This document shows positions 39,730-53,917 of a DNA stretch of 64,000 nucleotides, piece by piece. How positions within the stretch are numbered: the first letter of the stretch is position 1; each line of letters begins with the position of its first letter. Made by a program: the position numbers and the translations under genes. Source of the DNA: Haplodiscus bocki (Eukaryota). Location: NCBI GenBank assembly GCA_965655095.1, contig OZ296653.1:51956001-52020000 (forward strand), written 5' to 3'. A model generated the notes under the pieces. That model was given only the letters and a program-made list of their open reading frames with translations. It had not been told where the DNA came from and did not search any database.

Positions 39730-40299
39730 AGGTTCCTAGAAAGAAATTTGATGTTACATAGTTAAAATCTCACCTCGTTTTGTGCCGTGGTAATTTACAA
39801 TTCATTCTAATTTCCTAGATACGGATTAAATATGCAGAAACCGTCGCTTTTGAAAATGATATAATAATTCCATCTTTTGTACTGATTTGAAAATTACTAT
39901 TCAATTTCATTGCAAATCAGATTTATAAGAGGAGGGTGCCAGATCGACACGCAGATCATCAGACTCCATCAACGGTACCCGTTAGTTAAAGAGTTTTCTA
40001 GTCCAGAATGAGTATACCTCTCTGGTCAACCATAAAACTTTTCTTATAACTCCCTTCCATAAAATCCGATTAACAATAGTCTGCATTGGAGAAAAAAGGA
40101 CTGATAGAATATCACCAGGTTACCGCTAGAAACCATTTCTCCGGTTTCAACAAAACCATGCAAACTCATTTTACTTTCATTACGAACATTAGGAACAAAA
40201 AATCCGAGCGTGTTAAACACCGAACCCTAACAGTAGTGTTTTTGTTGACGAATTCTTGCCTATGCTGTAGTAAAATAGCTCCTAACAAGTCCAACCAAA

Positions 40300-42050
40300 A
40301 GCTGCTGCAAAATCAACAGACAATCTTCATCAAAAACAAGGAAACAACTCTTTAAATCTCAAAAAATTGCCCCACAAGATTGAACTAATTTTTTTGTTAC
40401 TCACATTGCAAACTTCAGCATTTCTATACTTGAAATGCCATCTGACCAGAAAGAGTCACCATAGAGGGTTCTATTCGACTAATGATAAAAGCGAGTATGA
40501 GTCAACCAGCAGAAGCAGCATTAAGAGAGGGAGGATCAGACCTGGCGTTAACTTCTCCAAGAGAGACAGAGTTGCAGCTCAGCCCACTTAGACGCCGAAC
40601 CCACCCAACCAAGCATGGCAGACATTCAACCTCTCGGAAGCGAATAGGGGTTTCCAATGTCCCAAAACGAGATTGGCAAGAAAAGAATCACTGAATAACT
40701 CAAGATGTTTCTACCAACAGCAAACCAGCCTGGCAACTATCAAAAAACCCCACTGTTACCAGTTTTCACAAAATTGAATATGATGTCAACAGGAGCCGCA
40801 ATTGATGAAGGAATCACTGTGAGATTTTACAAACACAGATGTGAGCAATCACGAGCAAAACCAGTCCAAGAGATGCAAAGTTTCAAGTACCAGGGCTCCA
40901 ACCATCAAGTGGAAGACTGCCCAAATGACAGCAAGACTGCAAGATGTGGTCAGAAACATGACAAAAAGTGCGAAGTTGGAGCTCCCAAGTTCTCAAACTA
41001 AGGCGTGGAACACTCGTCAAATTTGAAGGGCTGCCCAAGACGCAAAAAATGGGTTCAATTCAAAAGGATAGCCAAATTTGAGGAAGAGGTGAAGAAACAA
41101 GTTCCCATTTGGCCAAGAAGTCGATGAGAAACTCCAGTGTAAATCAACTCTATAGTCTGTACCTTTGTTTTCAAAATCATCAGCTTCTTTGAGGACTTCC
41201 TCCCTGGTCACACCATTGACCATGCTTACTTTCTGAAAAGAATCTACCAGACAGCTGAGTCAGCGGTTCAGCTGGAAATTGACTGGGGACAAAACATCCA
41301 AAAAACGTTCTTTCAGCTGTTCTTGTAAACTGAAAGTCCTTCTGGTTTAAAAGCTTGAATTTAATCTCCATAAACTTGAAATTTTTCTCAAAAATTGGCA
41401 TCTCCTCTCCTCTACCTTACTAACATATCCTCTCATCTCTCATCAAAATTTCCAACTCAATCTCTCCAATAGCCATAGTAACCTTGACTGACAATCACTG
41501 AAATCATCTCCAATTAAACTACCAAGGATTTAGACAGAAAATCCAATAACTGAAACTCTTCGCAGAGGGCAGCAGAAATGACATCCTGAGCTTTGATGAA
41601 TGCAACTGGAAGACCCCCAAAATTGAATAATTTCAACTCTGCCGGAAAAATAAAAGCAGCTATTGGAAAAGATCAAGCAACAGGAACTGCCATATTCACG
41701 AGAAACAAATCCCACAAAAACTGTCAAAAATGAAATTGTAACAGGAGGAGGAGCCTTGGAATTAAGAACAAAACTATTGACACTAAAATGCCTCTATGCA
41801 TACGCAAAACACGAAATAATAAATGAAACGAGCTCAACAAATTTTAAATTACTATAATGAACAACGGATTAACAGGAGACTTCAAAGCTCACGAAAGAAA
41901 CTTACTCAACTCAAAAACAGACGCAACGGTAAAGGAACTGGATAAAGTTTTCAGATAACCCAGACTAAACACTTACGAAAAGCCCAAAATCAAATCACAT
42001 GCAGGGGTGACTAATGGCCTTAAATATCACAAACTTGAAAAACTAAACAT
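40300..42050 (+). mobile_element. Decayed LINE (Jockey/I-like): ORF1 knuckles plus AP-endonuclease relic
   Basis: QSFKYQGSNHQVEDC...ARCGQKHDKKC...FSN*GVEH (triple CCHC remnant, 40875-41012). APE motifs GGGA (~41745), LTGDFKAH (~41870-41892) and NGKEL (~41925). Confidence 0.7.
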
Positions 42051-42054
42051 TTAA

Positions 42055-42937
42055 TATTCTCTCGCCAAATTTAAAATATGGAAAGAAAATAATCCACTCA
42101 AATGGTGCGTTTTTCTATCCGAAGTTTGCCAATTGTGTTCATGTTGAACGATGTTGGCCAATTTTGTTCATGTTTGGAAAAAAATTTTTGAAAACCGTCA
42201 AATAGTCGTCCGGACAAGTAGAATGCAGCTTTGACAACCCCAAAACTTTTTTTTGCCAGAAGTCAGAGAGTTTCGCTCTAAGTCTGAAAGAATTTTTTTA
42301 AAAAAGAAACTTTTTCCTCAAAATGTTCTTCTGGACATATAGAATGCAGTTTTGATAACCATACCGAAAATTTGTCGCTCAAAATATAAAAAAGATTAAA
42401 AAATATGAAAATTTCAAAAACTTGTTTTTCCTCAAAATGTTCTTCTGGAAACTTACAATGCACTTTGAACAAACCTGCCGAAAAGTTTTCGATAAAAGTC
42501 CAAAAAAATTTGGCTCAAAGTCCCAAAATGCCAAAAAAATGTAAATTTTACGAAAAAAAGGTTTCTGCTCAAAACGTTTCTCTGGACACGTAGAATGCAG
42601 TTTTGACAATTTGACGACTCTGTGGATTTTTTGGGTTTATTTTAGAATAAAATTTGGGATTTTGAAAAAAAACCTGATTCTTTTTTCAAAATCGGTTAAA
42701 TTGGCAATTTTGCTGTGAAATGCGTAAAAAATGATTTTTTTTTCGAAAATGTCTTTTGCACCGTAATTGTGAACTTTTGCGAAAAATCAGAAAAGTTTTA
42801 AATCTGGAATATTTACAAAATTTGACTTTGACGAAGAAACATTATTATCTTTATGAAAAAATGCTGTCATCCATTTAAAAGGCGTCTTTAACAAAATTGG
42901 TGGACAGAGAATATGCCGGTGCTAGCCGGCCGTCTTT
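42055..42937 (+). mobile_element. Helitron-like subfamily B copy with a ~120-bp central tandem array
   Basis: Same 5' and 3' arms as other B copies. About four units containing ggacacgtagaatgcagttttgacaa at 42200-42610. Ends with the perfect gccggtgctagccggccgtctt. Confidence 0.7.
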
Positions 42938-42939
42938 TT

Positions 42940-43400
42940 TAACATTCAATTGAACCCGAGTTCGTAAATCGCCACTATACCACGAATACATCCTTCCAAG
43001 CGGAAAAAGTGAAATGCGGAATCAGAAACAGAATCAACTTGGACTGTAAAAAATACAAAGAAACCAAGAGACATGAAGTCGAAGACAAAAATATGAGGCA
43101 TCTGTAGATAGACAACACCAAAGAACAAACAAACAAACCAAGAAGCAGAAAAAGAACCGGAAACATCATAGACAAAGCCAGGCAAACAGCATGCAGAAGA
43201 CCTGAGGAAAAAGAAGAAAAAAAACAAGAACTTTGGAAAAGTGCTCGGGTACACCGTGCAAACAAAGAACATCGAAGAACCCGGACTCTCCCATCTGGAA
43301 TACGATATCATCTAAGAACGCACAACCATATAACTGACAGAAATTGAACAAAGAATGAGATAAAATAAGGAGGTGCGGTGGCACTGCGCTTTTGTAAGAA
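42940..43400 (+). mobile_element. Probable continuation of the LINE relic after the Helitron-like insertion
   Basis: Same A-rich plus-strand composition. LYHEYILP resembles the post-RT LYxxYIRP motif. Confidence 0.35.
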
Positions 43401-45646
43401 AAGAGTTGCGCAAAAAATTGAGGAAGCGGAAAGACAAACCCACCTTTGCCAGACTTTTTACAGTGGCATATTTGTAACCAAGTTTTTGCAACCATCGCCA
43501 ATTCATTAGGTTTGAAATTCGGAAAGTCTGTAGTAAAAGTTGCAAATGACTTGTTTTTCCGTAGCGCAAAGCATGTAGTTATTTGAACTGTACAAATACT
43601 CTGCGTCGAAACTGTCAGAAAACAATGCGCATTTTTTTTCGTTTATCCTGATCATAAACTATACGAAAGCGTTTCTTTTGTCTTGTGTAGAACAAGCCAT
43701 TCAGAACAGTTAATTCTTTGTTCTGATATTTAGCGAGCAGGACAATGACTTTTGAAGATTTATCATTTGGAGAATAGCAAAACTGTGCCAGATTTAATCG
43801 AATGGTAAGTTTCTCCGATAAATTGCCTCAGCAAACTTAGAACAAAAACAAGCAGAAGGCCAGAGATACTGCAAAGCATTCTCCAACTACTCAATTTAAA
43901 TTGTTGAAAGAAATTGGGCCCCTGCTGATAGATTAGCTAAAGTTATATACAGTTTAGAATTTTGCAATCCGTATTGTTATTGCTGAAGTGAAAGCCAATA
44001 AATTCCGATTGATGATCATGTAAACTTCACACCGCTTAGAAAAGATCCCAGTGTCTTGCACAGGCAATACTTAGCCTCGGTAGAAATGATGGCTTCATTC
44101 TATTTCCTTGGGAAATGGCAAAACTCTAAAAGTTTGCAAGAACAGTATGTTTTCCTGAAAATTTATTTGAATAAAATCCAATGAAAACACGTTAAGTGCT
44201 ACAAAAATTAAGGAAAACTCAATGAGCATTTCAGAATACTCCAGTTCGACCGCTCAAAAAAACTCGCCTCTTTTGACTACTGAGCTGTAATTGGGTTGAC
44301 AAAATATGGGTTGAGTGAAATTTAGGTCACAGTATTTACAGTTTGCAAATGGGTAAAGCATCAGACAAACCTCCCCAAAAGAGCAACTTTTTAACTTTTT
44401 AAACTGCTCTAAAAGTAGGACAATGCAAAACAATCTATCGAAATCACCTGCAAAAACCTGAAATGTACAAGAATCATTCAATTCTACATGTCACAGGAAA
44501 ATTTTAGGCCAGTTTTTCCGAAAAAAAGTTATGTTCTGGATCTCTTGGACCCACGCGGAAAAATATTGGACAGTGTCAGGAAACAATTTTCTTTTTCCAA
44601 ACTTTACTTTTTGAATTAATTTATTAAACTTTTTGGATCAATGTGGTTTTCTTGATTGCACTGTTTATGAAAACAGTCAGTGGTTATGAGAATGCACATT
44701 CTCATATCCAGAGGTAATGGCGTGACCAGGCAAAGAATTTGGAATTGGCTGGACAGCGTAGAAAAAAATGTAAACGACTGATTTGAAAACTTTAATTACT
44801 TTTCGGATTGAAAAAAGACACTGCACCAGTCGACGATGGAACCACATACATACTTACCAGAAATTCAACCAATGATATATTCTGTCTTCCCCTAACATCA
44901 TGTGTCAGCTCGTGAATAAATTTAAGGGACAAAAAAGCATCCAATTTTACCATGATACTGAAATCGGGACAAAGTGAAGCAGGACCGAAACACTATCAAC
45001 CTAGTCAGATTATCTAGCTGCTTGCGAATTCAAAAAACCCAAAGGAGTCCTAAAAGTTAAAACCACGAAATCTCGGGGGTTGGAATCACCAACAAAAGAT
45101 CTCGGGTGCTAACAAAACAGGAAAGCAGAAGAAAAGAAGGAAGCGAAATGACATATGCTACAGTTTCCTAGATGTCACAAGAGCTTTCAAAACCCTCAAC
45201 AGTTGAATTTGACAACTGACTATAAGCGAAAAGTTCGCTCAATGAATGAAAGACTATTAAGGAGGAAGATTATGCCGAGCGGAAATCGAAAAGTGTCAAA
45301 GTGCATCATTCTACCAACAAGCAGGAGCGCCACGTGGGAGTTAAATGTCACCAAAAAATTCCAGCTTTACCTCCCAAGGCCACCAGTTGTACACTGCCAA
45401 CAAACACTGCACTTTGTTGATGACGCGACATTATCCTATCAAAACAGAAAGCTACGACTGGCTGTCAAAAACGGAAGCAAAAGGCAGAAGCATTTTACAG
45501 CAGGCGTAAGAAAATTTTATCAAAACGTAGCTCAAAAAAAGAATTTCTTGCTAAAGACAATGGAACGAAAGTTCCAACAAGTTACACTGTCGCAGAATAC
45601 ATAACAACGTACTCGAGCGGAAATCCCTGGGACTACAGATAAACAA

Positions 45647-45740
45647 CAAGACGGCCGGCTAGCACCGGCATATTTTTCGCAGGAATACAAATATTTTGAT
45701 CATTTGCCCACAGTTAAAAACGAGACTACTGTGCTTCCTG
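45647..45740 (-). mobile_element. 3' terminus of a subfamily A Helitron-like element
   Basis: caagacggccggctagcaccggcatatttttcgc...tacaaatattttgatca is the reverse complement of the A-family 3' arm, ending CTTG. Confidence 0.65.
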
Positions 45741-46083
45741 AAAGTCTGTTCTTCTCGTAGAATAAAGGAAACAAGTTGTAAGTAATTTGAAATGGGCGTA
45801 AACCCTGAAATATTTCTCTCTTAATTTTCTTCAGTTCTGCTCTCGAAAGCTTACTGCTTCATATTAGCGTTGTTTCAAGATTTTCCCTTGTTTAAGTCCC
45901 TTGCATAGCTTGAGTCTTTTATTTCCGTTTCGCCAAGGTGTTTGTTTTTTCTTATGAAAAAACTTTCATTTTTTTTCAAATCTGATGGCTATAGCTTCAC
46001 CGTGGTAATCATTTTCGCTAAATCAAAACCTTCCGCTGAAAATTTGAATTTAATTTTTCTCTCGTTTCTGTGTTTTTTAAATC

Positions 46084-46283
46084 NNNNNNNNNNNNNNNNN
46101 NNNNNNNNNNNNNNNNNNNNNNNNNNNNNNNNNNNNNNNNNNNNNNNNNNNNNNNNNNNNNNNNNNNNNNNNNNNNNNNNNNNNNNNNNNNNNNNNNNNN
46201 NNNNNNNNNNNNNNNNNNNNNNNNNNNNNNNNNNNNNNNNNNNNNNNNNNNNNNNNNNNNNNNNNNNNNNNNNNNNNNNNNNN
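46084..46283. other. Assembly gap
   Basis: Run of 200 N. Confidence 0.99.
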
Positions 46284-46599
46284 GAAAAAAAATTCTGAAT
46301 AAAAAAATAAAATTGAAATTCAAGAGTGCTATTAATGTTGTAAAAATCAAGACTTTCCAAACATATGGTTTTTTTTGCTAAATTTCCGCTAGATATTATT
46401 TTTAATGTGAATTCAAAAAATTTTGTTTAATTCATTCAAAAAAACCTCGCTGAATAAGAAAAGTCGCACATGAAATTTTGGCCGCAGATGCTGATGCCAC
46501 TTGGGGATCAGCTGTTGTGTTGGAGTTGCTTTCGTGATCGAAAATATTTTCTTCAGAAAATTTCGATAATTTTTCCAACGATGAGATTTTTCTGTTTTC

Positions 46600-46970
46600 T
46601 GCAAAAACCCTCAATTCAGGTGGAAAAGACATTTTTATGAAATATTATCATTTGATACGCATTCTGCAGCAGCTTTATCACTTTACGGATTTTAGGAAAA
46701 TTCAAGTTTTTTATTCAAAAGACCCATCGTTTTTCTCAAGAAAAGGGACTTCTGCACGTTCCGAGAAATTTACTGTTTCAGTCGCATTCTACGGCAATTC
46801 TATTTGCTATAATTTGATGATGAAAACTTTTCAGGATCAGAACCGTCGAACACCGGGAATTTTCACACATCCAACATTTTCAATTGCCAAAAAGGTAAAA
46901 AAAACGCCCAATTTAAGCGTTTTCAGTGGATGATTTTCTTTCCACATCATAAATAAGGGCGGAAAACTAC
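46600..46970 (-). mobile_element. Helitron-like subfamily B fragment
   Basis: catttgatacgcattctg, tcagtcgcattctacgg and agggcggaaaactaca match the B-family arms. Confidence 0.6.
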
Positions 46971-47329
46971 AAACTTGAGTACTCGAATTCAACTTAAGAT
47001 TGCGGAAAAACTAGAGAAAAGTCCTTAAAACTTAAAAAATATATTGCAAATTCAAAATCAGCGAGAATTGTCTGAATTTTGTTCTAAAGGTCATATCAAT
47101 TGCAAGAAGGTTCTCAAAAGTAATGAAGGAGTTGCATGGACGAAAACTGGAAAAGAATACCTTACACAAATGAGATCAACACGCGAATAAAAACAGGTAG
47201 CTAGTTAGTATGGTACTAATTAGAGGTTAGAGGATAGCCATTAGAAGCCTGAGTGAATGAGAGCCAGCTGCAATGGCATTATTAGCCGAGGTTTAGCACA
47301 AACTCCAAATGACACAGTCTTGAAGATGT

Positions 47330-48780
47330 TTTGATGGCTTGCTTACAATTATCAATCATTTCAGACGCTCGAATTTCTTTAATTGTAAAGTTTTTCGGGG
47401 CACCTTATTAGTAGACCACAAAAAACCGAACACCATATGTTGTAGTGCCAATATAATAGTCACCAAAAAGTCCACAACTTTTTCATCAGTTGACGTTCAA
47501 GTGCGCACTCCAAGACAAAATGACAAAATGTTAGATTACGTGAATACGCACTTTGAGAAAACTAACCGAGAGAAGAACTATATTGGCAAAAGATTCAAAA
47601 GCCAATTGTGGAAATGTTATCAGAGCATACAAACTTGTTTAACATGATTTTGGTATTTGTCTTCAAAAAATGAAATTCAATTTTTCTAGTCCATAACATG
47701 CCGTTGCGGGCAGCTCACACTTTCAGATGTGTTTCACACCAGGCAGTGCAGTTGCTTCGACTGGCTTGAACATTTATTGTAGTGACTCCACGAAAAATCA
47801 TTGCTTGAGAGGGGAAAAGGGGTTTGAACTTTTCGGAATTGACACCACCGCGCAATATTACAATTCGTTGACTGAATAGACAGGAGCAGATAGTACTGAT
47901 CGAGTGCTTGCCCTCACGGAAGGCTTAGCAGAACAAGCAGCCGTTGAAAACGTGATTAGCATTACCTTCCTCTCGATCGGACAAGGTGCGGGCAAGACGA
48001 AACTGGATAAGATTCTAACTGTGCAAAAAGCCACGAAATTTTTACAAAATTTGTTGGATCGAAGTGGGCAAGCATTTGTGCTGAAGAAGAAAGGAATTGT
48101 TGACAGATTCCCATTTTATCCCCAAAAACAGGAATTCAAAGATAGCCTCGAACGATTTCGGCAGCTGTTGAATCGTCTCGATGTGAAGTGTGAATTCAGA
48201 GGACACACTAAAAGCAGGGTGTACGATATTTTTTCATTAAATTCGTATAATGGGGAGTGGGAACTATCTTGCACACAGCAAAAAACAGCCCCAACGAAGC
48301 ATTGCAGTTGACCATCGTGTTTGAACCAGGATTGAGTAGATAAACTTGATATGGAGGAAAAAATCGACAACACAAGCTCAAATAAACTGAGCACAATAAC
48401 GGACAAAGTAGTGTTGATGACTAACGAAATTGGCCTAGCACTAATCAAAATGAGGAGCAAAATTCAAAGCAAGTATAGAATCTGGTGCAACGGTTACCAT
48501 TTTCACAATGACAAGTGTGAAGGAAACTCTCCGCACGGACTTACTTTTCGAAAGACCCTTATCACTGTCAGAAAATCAAGTGGACTTAAATCAACGACCC
48601 GTATATATCCCTGATCTTATTGATGCGCAGCCAATATTTGGAAAACAACCATTTAAAAATAAACGGATTTTGTAGCGTTGATTGAAAGACTGGTAGTGGG
48701 ACGCGGTTGGCTAGCAGCGTAGAAGTAAAAAGCTGAACCATCCAACCAGACCAATCCAAGCGAGTGCAGTTCAACAACCG
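47330..48780 (+). mobile_element. Heavily deleted Gypsy-like relic
   Basis: Protease-like (D)TGADST (~47875-47897), integrase-like IVDRF (~48100) and GNSPHGLTF (~48520-48548). Confidence 0.4.
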
Positions 48781-51400
48781 GTAAAATACTATTGAAAACA
48801 GTAACTTCTGGCAATTATAATAGCATTGAACAGCTTGAAGTGGAATGTAAGTTCCCAGAAATATTAATACAACAAGGGCGGCAGAAATACCACGTGATTA
48901 AATCTGAATTTGAAGCAGATATTAAATTCACACAGCAAAAAAATTTTAAAAAATCCGATTCAATAGCAAAACTTGGTTCAAAAAAAGATAAAACGACTAT
49001 TGAATGTGAAACGTACGGAAGACGTCAGCAGAGTTGATGACAATACGTTATCCAACCAGCGCTAATTATAGCAAAGAAAGACAAAAAGGTGAAAAATGCA
49101 ATAAACGCCCGAAAATCAAACAAAACTATTGTTAACAGCAAACGTCAGATGCCAAAAAAAGAACATTTGACTGATGATGTCGTTCAGCAGTCGCACAGGT
49201 ATGAGGTGTGGTTCACTTCATTAGATATGCAACATGCGTTTCATCTGACACCATTAGCTGAAAAATGAGTTGAACATTGTAACTTCCAAATTTTCTGACC
49301 AATTGGTGGAGAGGCGACGGGCACATACAAACTGATTACAGATATTAAGCATTAAAGTACCAACGGAATTTGAGAAAAAGATAAGCCATGTTTTTAGACG
49401 TAGTGCCAACCAAGTACATGTTCAATGATTCAATTTTATTCTTTTCTCTTCAAGGGCAAAAGAGGAGCATTGGACGAAGTTTAGAAAAAGTTTGGAAAAA
49501 TCAAAAAGTACAAACTCTCTCCCAAAAATAGACAAGATTAAATTTGCCGAACAGGAAGCTGAGTGGTTGGTCTTTCAGCTGTCACAAACAAGTATTTAAT
49601 CTCTAAACAGTAAAGAGTGAGGGTTTATAGAAAGTCTGGGACCAATAAATTTACAGTCATTTTCTAGGTGCGGTGAACCAAGAGGAACGTTTCTTTCGGA
49701 CCTTTTCACATAACTGTTTTCCAATTGGATTCACTAATCGAAAAAGAAAAATTGAGATTGAAAAATAGAACACGATTGATAGTTTGCACGAACTGACGAA
49801 AGCATCATACATGTAACGGAAGTAAAACAAAACGACGAAGAACTAGCAAGAGTTGCCGACGCCAGCAGAGCCAGAAAGGCACTGTGATGCCAAAACCACA
49901 GTATAATGATGCATTGAAACCTAAACTTTTAGCGTCACGGCTCCTAACTGAACAGGAAAGCAAAAATCTTTTGAATGGATTAGAGTTGATTGAGGTAGCT
50001 TGGTCATATGAACATTATCGGGACTAAGTTTACATTACAAAGTTTTAGATCTACTTGGATCATAAAGCATTGAGTAGCGTATTGAGGGAGATTGGAGGAA
50101 ATAGACCTTACTCTTGTTGATCAATCAGACGGGTGAACCAAATATTGCCGTTACAAAAAAAGTAAGGTAGGAACTAGGACAGGCGCTGGGTTCTCCTGAC
50201 CTTTTGGCTCAACGTCCTTGACCTGTTGATGTTTAACCAAAAAAAGGAGAAGGATAGTGGTTGAGTCCGTTAACAGTGAAGCACGTCAATACAGTCAATT
50301 TTGTCTTGGAGAGCGATTTCCAACAACCAATCAGATACAAGCAAAGAGAACAAACAAGCACCACAGCGTGTTTGCCGCGAAAGAAAAGATCCACTTTCAA
50401 CTTCCTCGCACAGTCGCTGACTAGCACCAGCCCAATTTGAAACAATTAAACCATTAACAGTGAATCCTCCCGCTCTATGGAAAAAATTGATCACTTTGAC
50501 CTGGCAACGCCTTCAATTGCTTCGTCAAATCCGATCAAGTCAAATGACATTAATCACCGAATCAAGCATAATATCTCGTTGCCATCGCGTAAAATTATTA
50601 CAAAACTGTCGTTAGACAAAAACAGGTACAGTTTAGTTGATGAACGAGTAGTTGTTCGCAAAGCTCCACGTACAGCCCTGCAGTGATCTCTTCATCCTTT
50701 CAATAGGGGCATCTTGGTCCCCATGAAGTTTTTTCTCAACTCCTCCGTCTTCTGGTGGCCATCCGCAGGGATGTCATGATGTGTGTAAAGACATGCAAGG
50801 TATGTATAGAAGCGGCTAGAAACTATGAAAATAGTGAATCAGAAAACTATCATTGGAAGTAAACTTTTGTAGTAAAAGTGGAAAATGAGATTCAAATAGG
50901 TTTTGCAGGCCTATCAAAATAGCTAAAAAATCTGAAATACCTTTTTCTAGTGTCATTCAACGGTAAAGGTAGTTGACAAGAAGCGAAACTTTTCCGTAAA
51001 CTGACCACTGCCTAAATCTGAGTTTTTAAAAAGCATTTAGCTGTTTTTTGTTAACCAAAACGAAAAAATAAAAATCAGAGATCGCTTTTTAGGTTGCAAT
51101 TGTTCAAATATTGTTGCCGGCGAAAGTTATTGGCGGGAATTCAGTTTCCAAATGGAGACCAAGGGGGAAGTGGAGTAAACGAATGATTCACTTGTTAGAC
51201 AACTGAGTTATTTTAGGATAGTAAACGTATTCTTCTTGAAAAGAGTGAAACAGTGTTGTCAGAGTTAGTATTTGCGCTGCGCACGGCAGAAGAAAGAAAT
51301 TGGAATAAACGGCTGAATGAAGATTGGGTTTGAAAGGCAATTTTGTTCAAGATCTGCAAAAGCCACCAACTGGTTCTTTTCCAAAGGAGGCCCGACTATC
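48780..51400 (+). mobile_element. Degenerate Gypsy/Ty3 LTR retrotransposon pol
   Basis: RT: KKDKKVK...RQMP...VWFTSLDMQHAF...HCNFQI...GGEATGTY (49070-49330). RNase H: DAS...ASRLLTEQE...ELIEVAWSYEH...DHKAL (49855-50075). Integrase HHCC: RGHLG...WWP...TCKVC (50700-50810). Order RT-RH-IN. Confidence 0.85.
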
Positions 51401-53419
51401 CAGTCAGAATTGAACAAATTCCGTTATGATGCTGAGTCAGTAATTTTTAGCACGGAGTGTGCTCGAGGCTTTCAATTGGAAACTCCTCTGCGAAAACAAC
51501 GTGAACACTTTCTAATTTGTCAAATCATGCTGCTACCAGTTGATAAAACAACATATTGGTTTTTGTCAGAGCGAAACGTTCCTCACGCGCATTGACCAAT
51601 CAGAGCAAGGACGCGGACAGGAACGAGCCAATCACAGCTACTGCAGACATTCTGCAAACAAGCATGACAATAAACGTGCTTAATAACGTAAAGTCAAACC
51701 GCCCATGGAACAATTACAAAAGAAGACAAATTGGTTTAGTTTGGCTCCAAAGCGAATTGACATTTCCTTTGCTAGCTGTTAAGACAGTTGCTAAACTCTT
51801 CTGATGAATGAAAACGCATTGGCAACACAATGCTTGATTGACAGGGCCGAAACAAAGATCGAACCCATGCGGGTAAACTGTGACAAAAAACGCCATCCAC
51901 ATCTGCCGTCGTTGCCCAATCGTCGTTCGAAAACTACAATAGGCGATTGATATTGACAGGGGCAGGTAGCCTTCCCCAAATCAACCAATTAAAACAAAGC
52001 AACCTGCCCGAAGCCCCACGCGAAATGCAATCAACTGATACAGATTGAGAAGAATGATTTTTGCCGCCAAAATTGACACAAAAATACAGGATTTGAAATT
52101 CCAGCTTGTTGCTAAAACTGCGGACTTCCAATATTCAGCGAACTATCAAGCAATTGCGATGCTACAGTAAAGGCAGGTGAATGCAATTTCCAGAGTTTTG
52201 TGAAATGTTCATCCAGTATTGTCATCAGTGATCTTTGAAAAGAGTCCCGGAATATTTAAACTATCTGGAACCCTATTGAAGGTATTTCTAAAATTGTTGA
52301 GGTGTTGTAGAGGCTAGCATTAGTTACTACAAAATCCACAACCTATTTTTCGTTCATACGAACCTCAAAGTGAACTGTTAGATTTTGTACGTACCCACAT
52401 TGAGGAAACAACCGGCTAGCTATGCTATTCTGGTTATGGTTTCAAAATGCCAGTAGTGAAAAAGTTATCAAAGCTTACGAACACTATACACATGTTGTTC
52501 GTATTTGTTTTTAAAAGCTGAAGTTCTTTTTCCCTAGTCTATACCACAATACTACTATGCACAGGTGCTTCATGTGTTGACTCATTGTTACTATACACGA
52601 CAAAGTGGTCCACAAGGTGTTTTTTTGGAAAATGGTATGAAATTTATTTGCAGTTTTACGATGTACTTATAGTGTTAATCTGTTTTTGAAGTTTTTTACG
52701 CATTTTCATACAAAATTTTTCGACTTCCTTCGAACTAAGGAAAAAGTTTTGATTTCTTCGAAGCCCAGCAAAACTGCTAGAGAGTCCAGGAGGGACCATA
52801 TTGGTCATCGTAGTAGCGACGAGAGCGCGCATTAAAAAAATGAACTTTTTTGTTCCCCTTTCAAAATACTTATAAAATTGTATACCCTGGCAGGTTTTGA
52901 TTTCACTCGTCTCAATTGGCAGAAAAACAGAATAAATGTTTTAGGGGGACACTATCGTTATCACGAAAATTTTCTGAAATCTCATCCGCTTTAGGTGGCT
53001 GTGTTTTTTCGTCAAACTACTACTGTTGTTATCGATACTTAGTCTGCTGGTTGATTCAAACAGAATGAATGCTAAGTTTTTGTTTTTTGGACATTTGTCA
53101 TTCTGCACCTTGCGGGTAGACCATAAATCGATGCCCACTATTAATGCCCACCATTCCAAATAAATTCCCGCAAATTAGATCGTGTACGAGCTCCAATTAG
53201 GTAAGTATGCCTGTAGTTGTAGCTCATTAAGCAATATTTTATTTTCAGTTCTTGTATAAATGTTTGTTCGTTTTTGGATACGTGTTTTTCTGTACTCGGG
53301 ATTAGAACTTGTTTCTGGTCCACCTTTCATGAATATTCTATGAATTAAAAATAACATTGCACCAGTTTTGTGGAAATTGCGCCAGTGTTTTCCTTTCGCA
53401 ATGTAGTTCCATTGGTATT

Positions 53420-53917
53420 CTGGCTGCCATCGGCATAATTTTCGCGTTCCCATCTTTGTGGAGAAGACTTTTTCGAACAGATGAAAACGTTTTTTTTTTT
53501 CGAAAAAAACACCCCTTCTTCGTCATTTTTTCTAATTTTTCCAACTTTAGAAATTTTTCGGCCAAAAAACCTCCTTAGTAAGGCGGAAAAGACATTTTTA
53601 AGAAAAAATACCATTTGATACGCATTCTACAGCAAATTTGCCACTTTGAGTGGTTTTGCTTGAAATTCAAGTTTTTTTCGAAAAAAAACCCATCATTTTC
53701 AAAAAAGTCCCAAATTTGAACGTTTGGAGAATTGTTACTATTTCGGTCGCATTCTAGGGAAAATTTGATACAATTTGGTCAAAAAATAATTTCACGGTCA
53801 GAAAGTGTCCGGTTTTCCAACATAGGACATTCTCAAGTGGCAAACATTGTGTAAAAAAACGTTCGCGTAAACTGGATGATTTCCCTCCCATATTTTAAAT
53901 ATGGCGGAAAATAATAA
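53420..53917 (-). mobile_element. Helitron-like subfamily B copy
   Basis: Collinear with 22219-22730 (ccatttgatacgcattctac, aatttgaacgttt, atatggcggaaaataa). Confidence 0.65.
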
